Shown here piece after piece: positions 1-13,734 of a DNA stretch of 64,000 nucleotides (position 1 is the first letter of the stretch; every line of letters starts with the position of its first letter). Location: positions 1 through 64,000 of the forward strand of contig NW_021831404.1 of NCBI RefSeq assembly GCF_006345805.1, in the 5' to 3' direction. Under the pieces are notes generated by a model, which saw only the letters and a list, made by a program, of their open reading frames with translations, had not been told where the DNA came from and ran no database searches. The translations under genes were made by a program, and so were the position numbers. Origin of the DNA: Octopus sinensis (lineage: Eukaryota).

Positions 1-52
1 ACCAATGCGCATGCACAAACACATACGCACACACACATACATAGATACATAC

Positions 53-108
<56 letters not shown>

Positions 109-375
109 TCGTTATGTGTGACAGATGCAGTATTAGTTTAAAATAGCAATCTATATCATAGTTTATGCAGCTGCATCACGGATAATCAAATTAACTGCAA
201 TATCACACACACACGCACACACACCACACACACACAGTTATCGTTTTCGTCATAAGACTTCAGAAACTTCTAGAGAACTTCAAATTCAATTGTTAGAAAA
301 CAAAATTTTGCACACACACACATATATATATATTATATATATATATATATATAATATATATATATATATATTTCG

Positions 376-413
<38 letters not shown>

Positions 414-517
414 TATATTATATATATAATATATATATAACATAGCATATATATATATATATATATATATATATCATATATATTATATATATCATATATA
501 TATATTATATATATATA

Positions 518-552
<35 letters not shown>

Positions 553-1106
553 TCATATATATATATATCTGAATCTTCAGATCTTTCAATATGCTAGGCC
601 ACTGGTTTTAAATTGATATTAATCAAATTAATATTCAATTTTTCACCCTTATTATTTAAATATATATATATATACATACATATATGGTGGAAAAATTATA
701 CAAAATGTATAAATAGATGATGAGTAAAGCACCGGCGCAGTGTTTAGGTTACCTGTTGTTTATCCGCAGATTTTCTCCAGGAACTCCGCAGTGGCAGTTG
801 GGGTAATAGCATTAATAAAATAGGAGATGGAATGTGTTTTAGACTAGTTTGATGAGCCCGCTCTGCCTCATTCCCTCGAGTTTGGCAAAGGAATGCAGTT
901 GTTATACTCTTACACAGGAATGAGTACGTCTATTATATTGACCCTAGTGTTCAGCTGGTATTCATTTTATCCAACCCGAAAGGATGAAAGGCAAAGTCAA
1001 CTTCGGCAGAATTTGAACTCGGAACGTAAGGATGGATGCAATGCTGTTTAAGCATTTCACCTTTTTATTAAGGTGGTGAGCTGGCAGAATCGTTAGCACA
1101 CCGGGC

Positions 1107-1657
1107 GGCGAAATTTTCTTCCCACGAGAGTTCCGGACCCCAGTTATGAACTCGTTTTCATACAGCCAATCAGAGCTCAACTATCAAACTATTTTATGAG
1201 CGCATAACAAGTGATGAGCGATAAAATAAGGTCACTTGGGTAAAGAATCATCATGCTTCTTTTCTCTTTTGATAATGCTTGCTGTTCTTGTTCTTGTTTC
1301 AACCATGGCTGCCTCTGCGTAGTTATTTGTGTTGTTCTTTACTTTGTAAAACAGTAAGGGGAGAGGGATGCTAGCACATCGCCCTCTACCCACATTTTTC
1401 CCATCCATATCTTTACCATATGGGGCCCTAACAAAATCCGGTAATAGATAGAGATGCAAATCTATCTAATTACTTGTCTCCTTCTAAAATCAGGCATAAC
1501 TTGGCGATCGATCAATCGATTCAAAACACCGTTCTTCATCTTGAGTTTACTTGGTGCAGTGTGTTTGTTAACTTGACAAGATCAAGATCAAGGTGAGCTC
1601 TGATTGGCTGTATGCAAATGAATTCATTACTGGGGTCCGGTATTCTCAAATTTCGCC
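1107..1657. mobile_element. About 550-bp TIR element inserted into a SINE
   Basis: About 70-bp imperfect TIRs (1107-1179 and 1594-1657). The host SINE resumes at ccgggcgaaatg with a short duplication. Exact TSD length (3-7 bp) is ambiguous. Confidence 0.7.
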
Positions 1658-1855
1658 GCCGGGCGAAATGCTTAGCGGCATTTCGTCTGCCGCTACATTC
1701 TGAGTTCAAATTCCTCCGAAGTAGTCTTTGCCTTTCATCCTTTCGGGCTCGATAAATTAAATACTAGTCAAGTACTGGGGTCGATGTAATCGACTATACC
1801 CGTAAAAAAAAAAATTGCTGCCCTTGTTGCAAAATGTGAAACCATTATTATTATT

Positions 1856-1892
<37 letters not shown>

Positions 1893-2415
1893 ACATCATC
1901 GTTGTTATTATTATAAGGTGGTGAGCTGACAGAATCGTTAGCACGCCGGGAAAAATGCTTAGCGGCATTTTGTCTGCCTTTACGTTCTGAGTTCAAATTC
2001 CGCCGAGGTCGACCTTGCCTTTCATTTTTCGGGATTAACATAATAAGTACCAGCTGAGTACTAGGGTCGATTATCGTTGTCTATCCCCCTCCCTAAAATT
2101 ACAGGCCTTTTGCCAATTACACAAAGAATTGTCGTTGTTGTTGTTGTTTTTGTTGTTGTTATTTGTCATTTGTCATTTGTCATTTGTCATTTGTCACGTC
2201 ACAGTAGTCTCTTCAATGAGTTTTCTATGACAGGGATTATGGTTTTCCCTTCCTTTGTAGATCTGACATTGTAAAATATAAGGGGGTGAGGGGTAAAATA
2301 CTTTGAGTTTGTGTGTGTGTGGATGTACAAGCACATGTATATGTCAGTGCACAATTGCAATTAGAACGGGGTGGCTGTGGATTGCTTCAGTGTGAACAAA
2401 CGTGTTACATTTCTC

Positions 2416-2479
<64 letters not shown>

Positions 2480-2487
2480 TGTGTGTG

Positions 2488-2538
<51 letters not shown>

Positions 2539-3410
2539 GAAATACATGGCATGGAGGTAATAACTTGTAAGTTAAAAGGAGGGTTGTACCAAATGCCTTT
2601 TTGCTTTTAGTATTAGGATTGCTGTTTCTGCTTGAGTGATTTCATTGATTTCTTTGAATACTTTCAGTTAGTTTCTCTTTCTAATAGTTAGGGATGAGAG
2701 TGATCAAGGTTCAAAATGACATCTTGGAAGTCCAGTATTTTAATATCCGTATTCAATGTAATATTAAAAGCCTTCTTAAGAATCGAATACTACATTTTTT
2801 ATATTCACATCATTTCTACATGAATTATGCTGTTGGCAAAAAGATCCTTGTAACAAACCACGTCTCCAACAAGAAATTACTACCAATCAATGTTCACTGT
2901 TTTTGATCTGCTTGTTTTTGTACCCGAAGTCACACAAAATGAATTTAGCCCTTTTCAAACCGATAAAAAGACCATACTCTCAATCTAAAGTATGCTATAT
3001 TGACTTCCACTTAAATGATTTTCCTAAAAAGGGCTACTTGTTGGTAGGATATTTCTTCTAGATACCCTAGCAGACACGCTTATCCGTTCACTTCTGAGCT
3101 TACACCAAGTTCAACAGTCTTTGTCGTTTACGAGTTATTAACCATTATTTACGTTTTCGTCACAAGAGCCAGGCATCAAAGAGTTCAGACAACCATCGTT
3201 TTTTCAATTGATCAACTCGTCTGAACTCAGCACTTCAAAACATCAACTGTTTCTCTTCACATAAAACAACTTGTCTTCACATCAAACAACAATTATCGTG
3301 AAGCTATCACGTAACAAATTCACCACGTGTAAACAGACCACAAATACTTCTGTCTTTTGATTTCGTCAGGTCTATCTAAACAAAACAAAAAAATATTTCA
3401 ATTACTATTT

Positions 3411-3462
<52 letters not shown>

Positions 3463-4537
3463 CTGCTTTACTGAAACTCTTGTATTATTAAACTGTCCGT
3501 TGTTTTGCTGATGAAATCTGGTTATGCATATTTTAGCAGTTTTCGTATCGTCTGAAATTTATGTATATCGTCTGCTTGCTTTGATTCTGCTGTTGCTGCG
3601 CACTAAATGCAAGCAGACAGACTAGTGCATTCTGACGATATTTCGTCGTTTGCTTTTCGACATCAGCATATTTTAGTATTTTCTCATTCATGTATGTTTA
3701 ATATGCATTAAACACACACACACACACACACACACACACTACACACACATATTATCGTTTGTTTGTTGTTTTTTTATCACAAGCTTGTGTTTTCTCTGTT
3801 CCGTAACTTTATGCATTCAATATAAATATATTCATTTTTTGTTATGATGTGTTCTTCATTTCAACATAACTTGAAATAGTTTAATTCTTCTGTGAAATCT
3901 GTTCAATAAAAAATTTCCTTTCGTTTTATATTTTGGCTATACGCGAATCGCTGTAATTCATTCAAAGTTTTGTTCCATTAAAAATGTATTTATTTCAATG
4001 AATAAAAAACTCATTTCACGTTACTTATGTTTTGGTGTCAATATTTGTATTTTGGTCTCTTGGAACGGGTAACGGTGCCAAACTTCATTTGGCATCCTTC
4101 CATTTCCACCAGCAAAAAGAAAAAAGATTTTACAATTCTACATATATATATACATACATACGTACCTATATAAATGTGTGCGTGTGCGTGTGTGTCACTA
4201 TTCAGTTTTATTTCAAGATTTCTTGCCAATAAAGAAATAGCCAGTTTCTAACCTAGATCCCAGACTCCTTCATTGGAATTTCAACATCAACAGGGTAAGT
4301 ATGTATGTATATGTGCATATTTGTATGTTTTGTTTTATGTATGTATTGTCATGTATATAGATGCATGTCTAGACATGCTCATATATTGTATGTATGTATG
4401 TGTGTACAAACATAAATGTATGCAAGTATATATCACCAGTGTATTCACAAGTGTAAAGTATAAATTTGTTTCCGTACATAATGTTCTTAATGTTCAGTGA
4501 TCTTCCTCGGCCACGACTGGACGGTCATTGTGTGTGT

Positions 4538-4577
<40 letters not shown>

Positions 4578-4778
4578 AGTAAATTGTTTTTAAAACGATA
4601 GCATATGGAATATTCTTTTCTACTGTAGGCACAAGGCCCGAAATTTTGGGGGAGGAGGCCAGCCGATTAAATCGACTCCAGTATGCAACTGGTACTTAAT
4701 TTATCGACCCCGAAAGGATGAAAGGCAGAGTCGACCTCGGCGGAATTTGAACTCAGAACATAAAGACAGACGAAATAC

Positions 4779-5010
4779 TTATTTCTTTATTACCCACAAG
4801 GGGCTAAACACAGAGGGAACAAACAAGGACAGACAAACGGATTAAGTCGATTATATCGACCCCAGTGCGTAACTGGTACTTATTTAATCGAGCCGTAAGG
4901 ATGAAAAACAAAGTCGACCTCGGCAGAATTTGAACTCAGAACGTAGCGGCAGACGAAATACCGCGAAGCTTTTCGCCCGGCGTGCTAACGATTCTGCCAG
5001 CTCGCCGCCT
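4779..5010 (-). mobile_element. tRNA-derived SINE family A, representative young copy
   Basis: Head ggcgagctggcagaatcg with B-box-like gagttcaaattcc and central gtcgac..tttcatcc..taagtaccag. Other copies at 25700-25885, 35945-36185, 39100-39334, 50578-50810, 53705-53935 and many more. Confidence 0.85.
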
Positions 5011-5681
5011 TATAGCATATAGAATACTGGATTGAGAAATTCCCTGCATCGAAAAAAAAAAACCAAGACTGCCCAATGGTTAGAGCAACTGTCAGAATCA
5101 CAAAAACTGTGGGTTCGTGTCCCACAGGCAGCTTTCTACATTTTTTCCATCCAAGAGGGATTGTCAACTTAATTTTCACACACTATTATTTATAGTTTCA
5201 TTTACTTCGACTTCCATCGTTAAAAATATCGTTTATTTTACATCTCTTCAAGTTTCTAAATTCTTATAATGCAAGTACACATATATTGCATTGCATCATA
5301 AATTTCGAGTTGGCTGAACCTCTAAGAACCACCGAACAGTTTATTCAACCAGTCCTGTTGAAACGTCCATATTTCCTGTATTCAAATGTCTCACAGAAAC
5401 TAAAATTGTATAGCCATAGTTCATGGGGAATCAATTTATTATTATTCTGCTTCTGATTTTTTTTAAGCATATTCCCCAGGAAAGGATTCGGAAGGTATTT
5501 TTCACTACCTTTCTAAGTCAGTTATGGCTTTTCGGTGATACATAAAGTGACCATTCTGTTATTGGTCTGTTAAAATATTAACCATCTGTGATATCAACAA
5601 CTGATATATATATATATATACATACATATATGGAAAAAAGTCAAGATAGAAAATGCTAAAATAATTTTATAAAAAACATTT

Positions 5682-5718
5682 CAGTATCGGTTTCAGTCAT
5701 TGAGACTTTTTCAACTGT
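5682..5718 (-). ncRNA. Degenerate hammerhead-like motif, U3:A8 core variant
   Basis: cag-TTGAAAA-agtc-tcaat-gact-GAAAC-cg-ATA-ctg. Stem I is only 3 bp and position 16.2 is mutated. Confidence 0.4.
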
Positions 5719-5843
5719 ACGCATGGAAAACAATTAAATTTAGAAAAATTAAAAGAAAAGTTTTTTAAAAGAATATTTGTATAGTATTCAAATACAAGTG
5801 GTATTTTCCTTGTTTCTGCCTGTCTCTGTTTCTCCTCTCTCCC

Positions 5844-5876
<33 letters not shown>

Positions 5877-5887
5877 TTATACTATAG

Positions 5888-5946
<59 letters not shown>

Positions 5947-5950
<4 letters not shown>

Positions 5951-6222
5951 GCGCAATGGCCTAGTGGTTAGGGCAGCGGACTCGCGGTTTCGATTCCCAG
6001 ACCGGGCGTTGTGAGTGTTTATTGAGCGAAAACACCTAAAGCTCCACGAGGCTCCGGCAGGGGGGGGGGCGATCCCTGCTGTACTCTTTCGCTACAGCTT
6101 TCTCTCAATCTTTCTTCTGTTGGCCTGCTCGCCTAGCCAGCGGGGTGGCGTCATTTGAATGCTAAAACAATGCGAAAGCAACATCTGATAGCCTGGTCGG
6201 TCACGGTGATCACGGTGATATA
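5947..6222 (+). mobile_element. tRNA-derived SINE family D, representative copy
   Basis: tggcctagtgg A-box and gtttcgattcc B-box. Copies at 54864-55175 (3' tail duplicated to 55305), 44098-44375 (minus) and a divergent copy at 37386-37680. Confidence 0.85.
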
Positions 6223-6242
6223 TATATATATATACTAGTAAA

Positions 6243-7230
6243 AATATTTGGTTAATAATTCCTTACGGGAGACAAATTAAATCTAATCTCCCACTGCTGT
6301 TTCGTCACGCTATTGTTAGGAATTTTCCAAAAAATTCTAGGTATTACTCTATTATCAATTCACATACGGTTAGGATCGGTTTTCCAACACAAAAAATATC
6401 TTACAAATTATCGCTTCACATAATAACAAACTGTTAAATATTAATACATTTACTAATACTAACATTAATTTAGCTAATACTATCGAGCCCTGAAGAAATA
6501 TTAATAACAAGGTTATTGTATCTGAAGTCAATTCCAATAGAATTAAGTTTACGTCAAGTAACTCTAAGATTAAAAATTCTATATACTAGTGTATAATCAG
6601 TACTCGTACCAAAGTACGATTTTACATTGGAAGCACATCGTTAGAGTTATCTAAAAGAATTTCTATCCATTACTCAACATTTAGAGATAGAAATAAACGT
6701 AATAGTACCGGTCTCAGCAAACTGATTTGGGATCTAAAAGACCACAATGAACAATTTCATTTAGAATGGTTGATTCTCTCAATCCCGATACCTTATGACA
6801 AAGGCAAGGAATTCTATCTTCTCTGTAATTCTGAGCTATTTTTCATTATTTTTTCTAAAATTTCCCTAGTAAACACGGTTATAGAGCGAACATACAGATG
6901 TAAACATTGGCAAAACCACCTTTAGTGCATATAAGTAGTCTCTATCATTATATCTAATATTTAAACTTTAATTTCCTTTATATTTAACATTCACTATTAA
7001 TATCCCTACTCTTTCTGTTAGCTACTTATGACGTTATATCATATAACGTCTTTTTAAACAATATTAATAGCGTTCAGTTAATCGCTATACAAATCCATCA
7101 TTTTTTGCTAAAATGTCTTATTGACGAGTTTCGTTTTTTCACTCTCCTGAAGAGAAGATTGCATTGTTCATACCATTTATTCTTTTGAATAATATCAGTG
7201 GAATTTTCGAAACATGTGTCGAAAGTAAAA
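6243..7230 (+). mobile_element. 5'-truncated, degenerate Penelope-like retroelement: RT C-terminus/linker, GIY-YIG endonuclease and terminal region with hammerhead
   Basis: Manual translation: NIWLIIPYGRQIKSNL...RNFPKNSRYYSIINSHTVRIGF / IIASHNNKLL / IY*C...FYIGST...KRISIH...NSTGLSKLIWDLK...W.IL...LC..E...LVN...E...CKH. One frameshift near 6385, stops near 6491 and 6587, end stop at 6925. Confidence 0.85.
7136..7230 (+). ncRNA. Type I minimal hammerhead ribozyme motif at the 3' end of the Penelope-like fragment
   Basis: ttttcactctc-CTGAAGA-gaagatt..aattttc-GAAAC-atgt-GTC-gaaagtaaaa. Core intact, stem I has 2 mismatches, palindromic ACATGT at stem III. Confidence 0.7.
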
Positions 7231-10200
7231 ATATTTTATTTATACCTGCGTTAAACTCCATTTATTTATTCATGTATTATATATATATATATATTGGTAG
7301 AAACGGTAAGATAACAAAAGAAAGAAAGAGACCTCAATGTTATGTAAATAGAGGAAATTAATATATATATATATATATATATACTCACACACATACATAT
7401 ATACATTAAGTTTTATCTTAATTCTGATGTGCACTCTACAACCTATCTCTATTCTATCTCCCTCTCGTTCTTCTTCCTTTCTGTTTTTCTCTCTCAACCT
7501 TTCTCTAATTCTTCTCCTCTCCCATTCACCGTTCACCCCCTCTCTCTCTCTCATGCACTCTTCTTCCTTGACTCTCTCGTTACTCACGTGACCAACGGAT
7601 ATCTTTCTTCCACTTCCTTCCTAAAGAGAAGACGTGCTTTTTGCCTGTCCCTTCTCAAAACTCATTTTTCCAGCGTTCATCACTTCACCTCGTCATGGCT
7701 TGACATCCCTCACCGTTTGTGTTTACTGTTTTGTTCTTACTGTCCTATTTTTGTTACCACTTTAACCCTACGCAAAAAATCCAAAATTTTATCTAATTTC
7801 CTTTGTGGGAAGGACGGTTTTAAGGAAGTCGCATCTAGCCCCTGCCTTCGAACGCGGTGTAGATAAAACAGGGGACAAATGATGATGGGAATGTTCTTTA
7901 TGTTGCCTGTCTTGTTTCTCTGTTTCTTTCATTGTTCGAAAAAAGTTCGTTTTCCATGCTTTTGTTTTTTATGTCCTCGTTTCTCATTTTCTCTGGTACG
8001 TTGATGATTCTACCAGTCACCACCTTCAGTGCCCTTTTAATAATGATAATAATAAAAACACAAACCAGAAAAAATATATTGTGATAGGGAAAAAATATTT
8101 AATCGATGGAAGTATACCCATCCACCCACCCCAATATATTTCTGGTACTTTATCATTTCAGACAAAATTGACCCAAATCAAGTTCAGGATTCATCACAGA
8201 TTTGTAAGAAGAAGAAGAAGAATGAAGATGAAGAAAGGAGGAGGAGGAGAAGGAGGAGGTGAAAAAGAAGAAAAGTACATTTGTTATTTCAAAACAAGGG
8301 CAGTAATATTAAAACATTAATAGTCATGGTTGTTTTCTGAGAAGAAACAAATATGTCGTAAATTTTTAAATATATTTTTTATTTAAATTTTACTTTTTAT
8401 TTCAATTTCATTTTTATTTTATTCTTTCATCATTCAATCATTTTCAAACCAAATAGAATTTTTAATTGTTTATTTTTTTGTTAAAAATAAATGAATAAAA
8501 ATAAAATTTGAAAATTTATTTAACAAAATAATAAATAAATAAAAATAAAATATTTTAAACAATTTTTCATTGGATTTTTTTTAATCAAATATTTTTCCTC
8601 TTTTTTTTTAGATTAGAGATATCTAAATTTTTTTTTTTGTGTGTGTGTTTGTTTTGTATTTGGCTTTTGTTTTTCTTGTTGTTTGAAACAAAGTAAGCAG
8701 TTAAAACAAGGCATTTTAAAAATTGTCTGATAGTCTTTAACAAAAAACAAAAAAAAAAAATTGAGCACGGAAATTGGATCCATAACAAGAGACCCAAGTT
8801 TAATAAACTGAGCAAGAAAAATAAAAAATAAAAATGAAAAATAAAAATAATTTACTGTCATCCGAATCACTATAATTTTGAACACAAAACATAAGATAAT
8901 GTACTGAGTATTGAAGTCTGAGTTTTGCATACTGAGTACTGTTGTCTGAGTTTTGTGTAATGAGCAAGAATTTCTGTGTTAATAGCAGTAATAGTGTCCG
9001 AGTGGAAATACAAGATTTCATAAGAGTTGTCCAAGTTAGTGTGTTTAGGAAAATCCTGGGCTAATAATGTTGTGTCCGAGTAGGATTATGGAATTATGAA
9101 CATTGATGACCAAAATTTAGCAGGCTCAAAAATTATAATGGTTTTCCACAGCTTAGTCCAAAGAGAATCAAGATTTAAAAGAGTGATGTCCAAATATTTA
9201 TATATGTGTGTGTGTGTGTGTGTGTGTGCGTGCGTGTGTGTGTATAAACAGTGGTGTCTGAAGTTAGTTTAGCCACATGGCTCACTATGGATGTGTCTGC
9301 ATGTGTGTGTGTGTGTACATATATATATATAAATATATATATATACATATACACACACACACACACATACATACATATATATATGTATATATGTATGTGT
9401 GTGTGTATATATATATATATATTGCTTTCTTATAAAATAAGTTATAAGAGGAAGGCAAAAATAACACTGCACAGGTACTGCCAAGATTGGTAGGGAAGTA
9501 TGGAGAAAAGTCACCTTCAGGCTGATATCCTGGCCCAAATGCCTGAAAATGAGTGGGACTCCTTTAAATGCAGTCAAGAGCCAGGTCGCAGTGGTGGTGG
9601 TCATCATCACCATGGTGGTGATGTTAGAACTGGTAACAAAATTAAGTCTCCAACCCAAAAATATGCATTAGATGTTTCATAGACAGCCAAAGTGTGATTA
9701 GAACACTTACAACTGCCTAGAAATAATATGGGATAACTCAGTAATGCTCGGGTACAATGAACTAAGTGACATCATTATATATTAATTGATATAGAGTAGT
9801 CTCTCCTGAGGCAAAACTAGGGATATGTTGGTGATAACCCAGCAGAAGCATAGGATAAACAAAGCAATGCCCAAGGTTGGCATAATGAACATCATTAAAG
9901 ATTAGTACAGTTTTGTCCAAGCAGAAACAAGGATATTATGATGGCCTAGTTTAATGTACTAAGCAAAATCATGTGGAAGCAACAATGCATATTCATTAAT
10001 ACATAGTCTTTTCTCACCCCTGAGGCAAAATTAAGGATATATCATTGATATCCTACCGGAAGTATGAGATAATGAAGGAATTCAACAAAGTCACTGTGTA
10101 CAATGGTTGTGACTAAGTACAAAAAAAAGGATAAAGTGAATTCCTAGTTTAGTATATAGATATGGTGAAATTCTAGTTTAGTGTACAGATATGGTGAAGT

Positions 10201-11169
10201 CCTAATTTAGTAAATAGATATGGTAATATCTTAGTTTAGTTTAGTTTACAAAATATAATCATGTAATTGTATATGGTAATATCTTAATTTAGTATATAGA
10301 ATACAATCATATAGTTGTTTAATTGTTTAAGCAGATGCAATAAATATTCAGTGATATCCTAGCACAATCAAGCAACATTATATCAATGATTATATATTTA
10401 GTGCAAAAGGACAGAAAATTTTAGTGACATCCATACAAAAACACAGGATATCGAAGGAATATCCAAAGAGGACCAAGAAATAGTTTAGTAATATCCAAGA
10501 AAAATGTTATGGACATCTGAGCAGAATCAATAAGCAACTTAACCTATCGTTCTTGCTTCCAAAAAATAGTCAAAGCACACATCAGATATCCAGGAAGCAT
10601 GAAACACAAATGATCCCTGAGTCATTTGTGATCCAAACCATGGCCATTTTGTCTTTTATTCAGACTTGTTATATCTTCTATTTTTTACTTGTTTCAGTCA
10701 TTAGACTGTGGTCATGCTGGGGTACCACCTTAAAGAATTTTAGTCAAACCAATCAACCCCAGTACTTTTTTTTTTAAAGTCCAGCACTTACTCTATAAGT
10801 CTATTTTGCTGAACCTTTACTTACAGGGACATAAACACACCAACACCGGTTGTCAAGAGATGGTGGAGACAAACACAGACACAAAGACACACACACACAT
10901 ATATACATATATACATGTGACAGGCTTCTTTCAGTTTCCGTCTACCTAATCCACTCACAAAGCTTTGATTGGCCCAAAGACACTTGCCCAAGGTGCCGGG
11001 CAGGGGGACTGAACCCGGAACCATGTGGTTGGGAAGCAAGCTTCTTACCACACAGCCATTCTGGCGCCTATCTAGAAATACCTTATTGAGTATAAACTTC
11101 TCTTGTTTTAAGACAGTAGCATGTGACTATAGGGAGATTTGTTTACTATTTCTAGCAGTTTGAAAGACA

Positions 11170-12261
11170 ACATAAAAGCTATCTTGGTGATCATGTCCAT
11201 GATTTTCAACTTTGGCACGAGGCCACAATATATACAATGATGATGATAATGAGGAGGAGGATAATGGAACCTAACATAGGCACAAGGCCACACATTTGAG
11301 GGAGGATGCAGAGGTGTATGCAAACCCTCAGAACTTGGCTGGTACCTCACTTTATCGATCCCCTTGAAGGATGAAAGGTAAAGTCAATCTTGGTAGAACT
11401 GGAACTCAAAACATAAAGAAATAATAATAAGAAGAAGAATCCTTTCTACTATAGGCACACGGCCTGAAATTTTGAACCCAGAATGTAAAGACAGATGAAA
11501 TACTGCTAAGCATTTTGCTCGGCGTGCTAGCAATTCTACCAGCTGACTGCCTTAATAATAATAATAATAATAAATATAATAAATATAATAATAATAATAA
11601 TAATAATAATCCTTTTTACTAAAGGTACAAGGCCTGAAATTTGGGAGGCAGGGACTAGCCGACTGCATCGACCCCAAACCTGCACCAAAAGGATGAAAGG
11701 CAAAGTCAAACTCAGCGGAATTTGAACTCAGAACATAGCAGTAGGCGAAATGCCAATAAGCATTTTGTCCAACGTGCTAATGATTCTTCCAGCTCACCAC
11801 CTTGATAATAATAATAATAATAATAATGGGCTTCGTATATTTTACCCCAGTGTCACTTTGATGGCATGCACTGCTCTCTCAATAATAAAAATGATGACAA
11901 TAATAATAATAATAATTTCTAGCATAGGCACACGGCTGCAAATTTGAAAAATGGGGTTGGTTAACCTTTTAGCATTTAAACCAGCCATGTCTAGCCAAAA
12001 TATTCTACATATTTTAGGTTCAAACTAGCCAGATCCAGCCTCTCACACCTACTCTACAATATCCTTATAGAATAAATCATATCATCGAATCCTTAAAGGT
12101 ATGAGATAGTGAATGATTAATTCAAAATAAGCATTACATTTGACGGAATAATTTGAATGCTAAAGGGTTAAAAATTTTACTGGTAGTCTATTGAACCCAA
12201 AAGGATGTAACAGATAGAAAGTAAGTCAACCGTGGCAGGAACAGGGCTCAAAACAGAGGAA

Positions 12262-12293
<32 letters not shown>

Positions 12294-13700
12294 TGATAAT
12301 AATAATAATATGAAGAAATGATTTTCTACTTTGTACAAAGTGTTTGCTAGGGGGACTTCGTGTGTTCAAAATAATAATAATAATAATAATAATAATGATG
12401 ATGATATGATGATGATGATGATGATGATGATTGTTTCAAATTTTGGTGCAAGGCCAGTAAATTTTAGGGAGGGAGATAAGTAGATTACATCAACCCCAGT
12501 ACTCAACTGGTACTTATTTTATCGACCCCGAGAGCATGCAAGGCTAAGTCGACCACAGCAGAATTCAAAGACAACGTAAAGACAGACGAAATGCCACTAA
12601 GCATTTTGCCCAGCATACTAACAATCCTACCAGCTCACCACCAAAATAATAATAATAACAATAATAATAATAAGAATAATAATAATGATATTAATAGTAT
12701 TAATAATAATCTTTTCTACAATAGGCACAGGGCCTGATATATTTTGAGGGGAGAAGGTAAGTTGATTACTTCGACCCCCCCCCCTCCCCAGTGCTCAACT
12801 AGTACATATTTTATCAAGCCCTGCAAGGATGAAGGGCAATGTCAACCTCAGTGAAATCTGGAATAATAATAATAATAATAGTAATGATAACAGTTTGTGA
12901 TTTTAGGCACGAGGCCAAAAATTTTGAGGTGATGGGGTTTAGTCAATAAAACTGGCCCCAGGGCTTGAATGATACATGGTACTTTATTATATCAGTATGG
13001 TACTTCATTTCATCAACAAACAGTAATAATTAAAATTTCCAACAGTGGAGCAAGTTCACAACATTTGTCATCAGAGAGGATGCAGTTGAATAAACTGACC
13101 CCAAGACTTGACTGGTGTTTGTTGTATTAACCCCTTGGAAACATGGAAAAGCAAAGCTGACTGACAAGGTTTGAACACAGAATATTAGTGGATACAACAA
13201 AATACCATAATGCCAGCTCTCTACTATTTCTGTCACCCTTTTACCCAATAATAATAAATTTAGGCATGGAGCCAAAAGTTTTAAGGGTGAAGAAGGTTCA
13301 GCGGTTACGTTAACCCAAGGATTTTAATGCTAAATTATTTATCGACCCCAGAAGAATGGAAAGCAAAGCTAACCTCAGTAGGATTTGAACTCACAATACA
13401 AAGAGCCACATAAAAATATTACAAGGCATTTGTTCCACACTCTAATAATTTTGTCAGTCAACAGCCCAGGTAATAATGATAATAACAATAATAATGATGA
13501 TGATGATGATGATTTCAAATTGACAAAAGGCCAGCAATTTCGGGAGAAGGGATAAGTTGATTACATCGACCCCGGTGCTCAACATTTTTTATTGACCCCG
13601 AAAGAATAAAAAGCAAAGTCGACCTTGGTGGAATTTGAACTTAGAACATAAAAACAGTGCTTTGATGATTCTACCAGCTCACCACCCTCATAATAATAAC

Positions 13701-13734
<34 letters not shown>

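Noticed and set aside
575-660. Hammerhead-like hairpin on the minus strand
   Set aside because: Long stem present, but the core reads GTGAAAA and TAAAAC, so both conserved boxes are broken.
1232-1459. 75-aa ORF as an exon of a host gene
   Set aside because: It lies wholly inside a TIR element and has no consistent splice phase with nearby candidates.
5210-5600. Possible old Penelope RT-thumb fragment on the minus strand
   Set aside because: Only faint similarity (YFNRP..LYVSPKSHN) with multiple stops, and it cannot be supported without a profile search.
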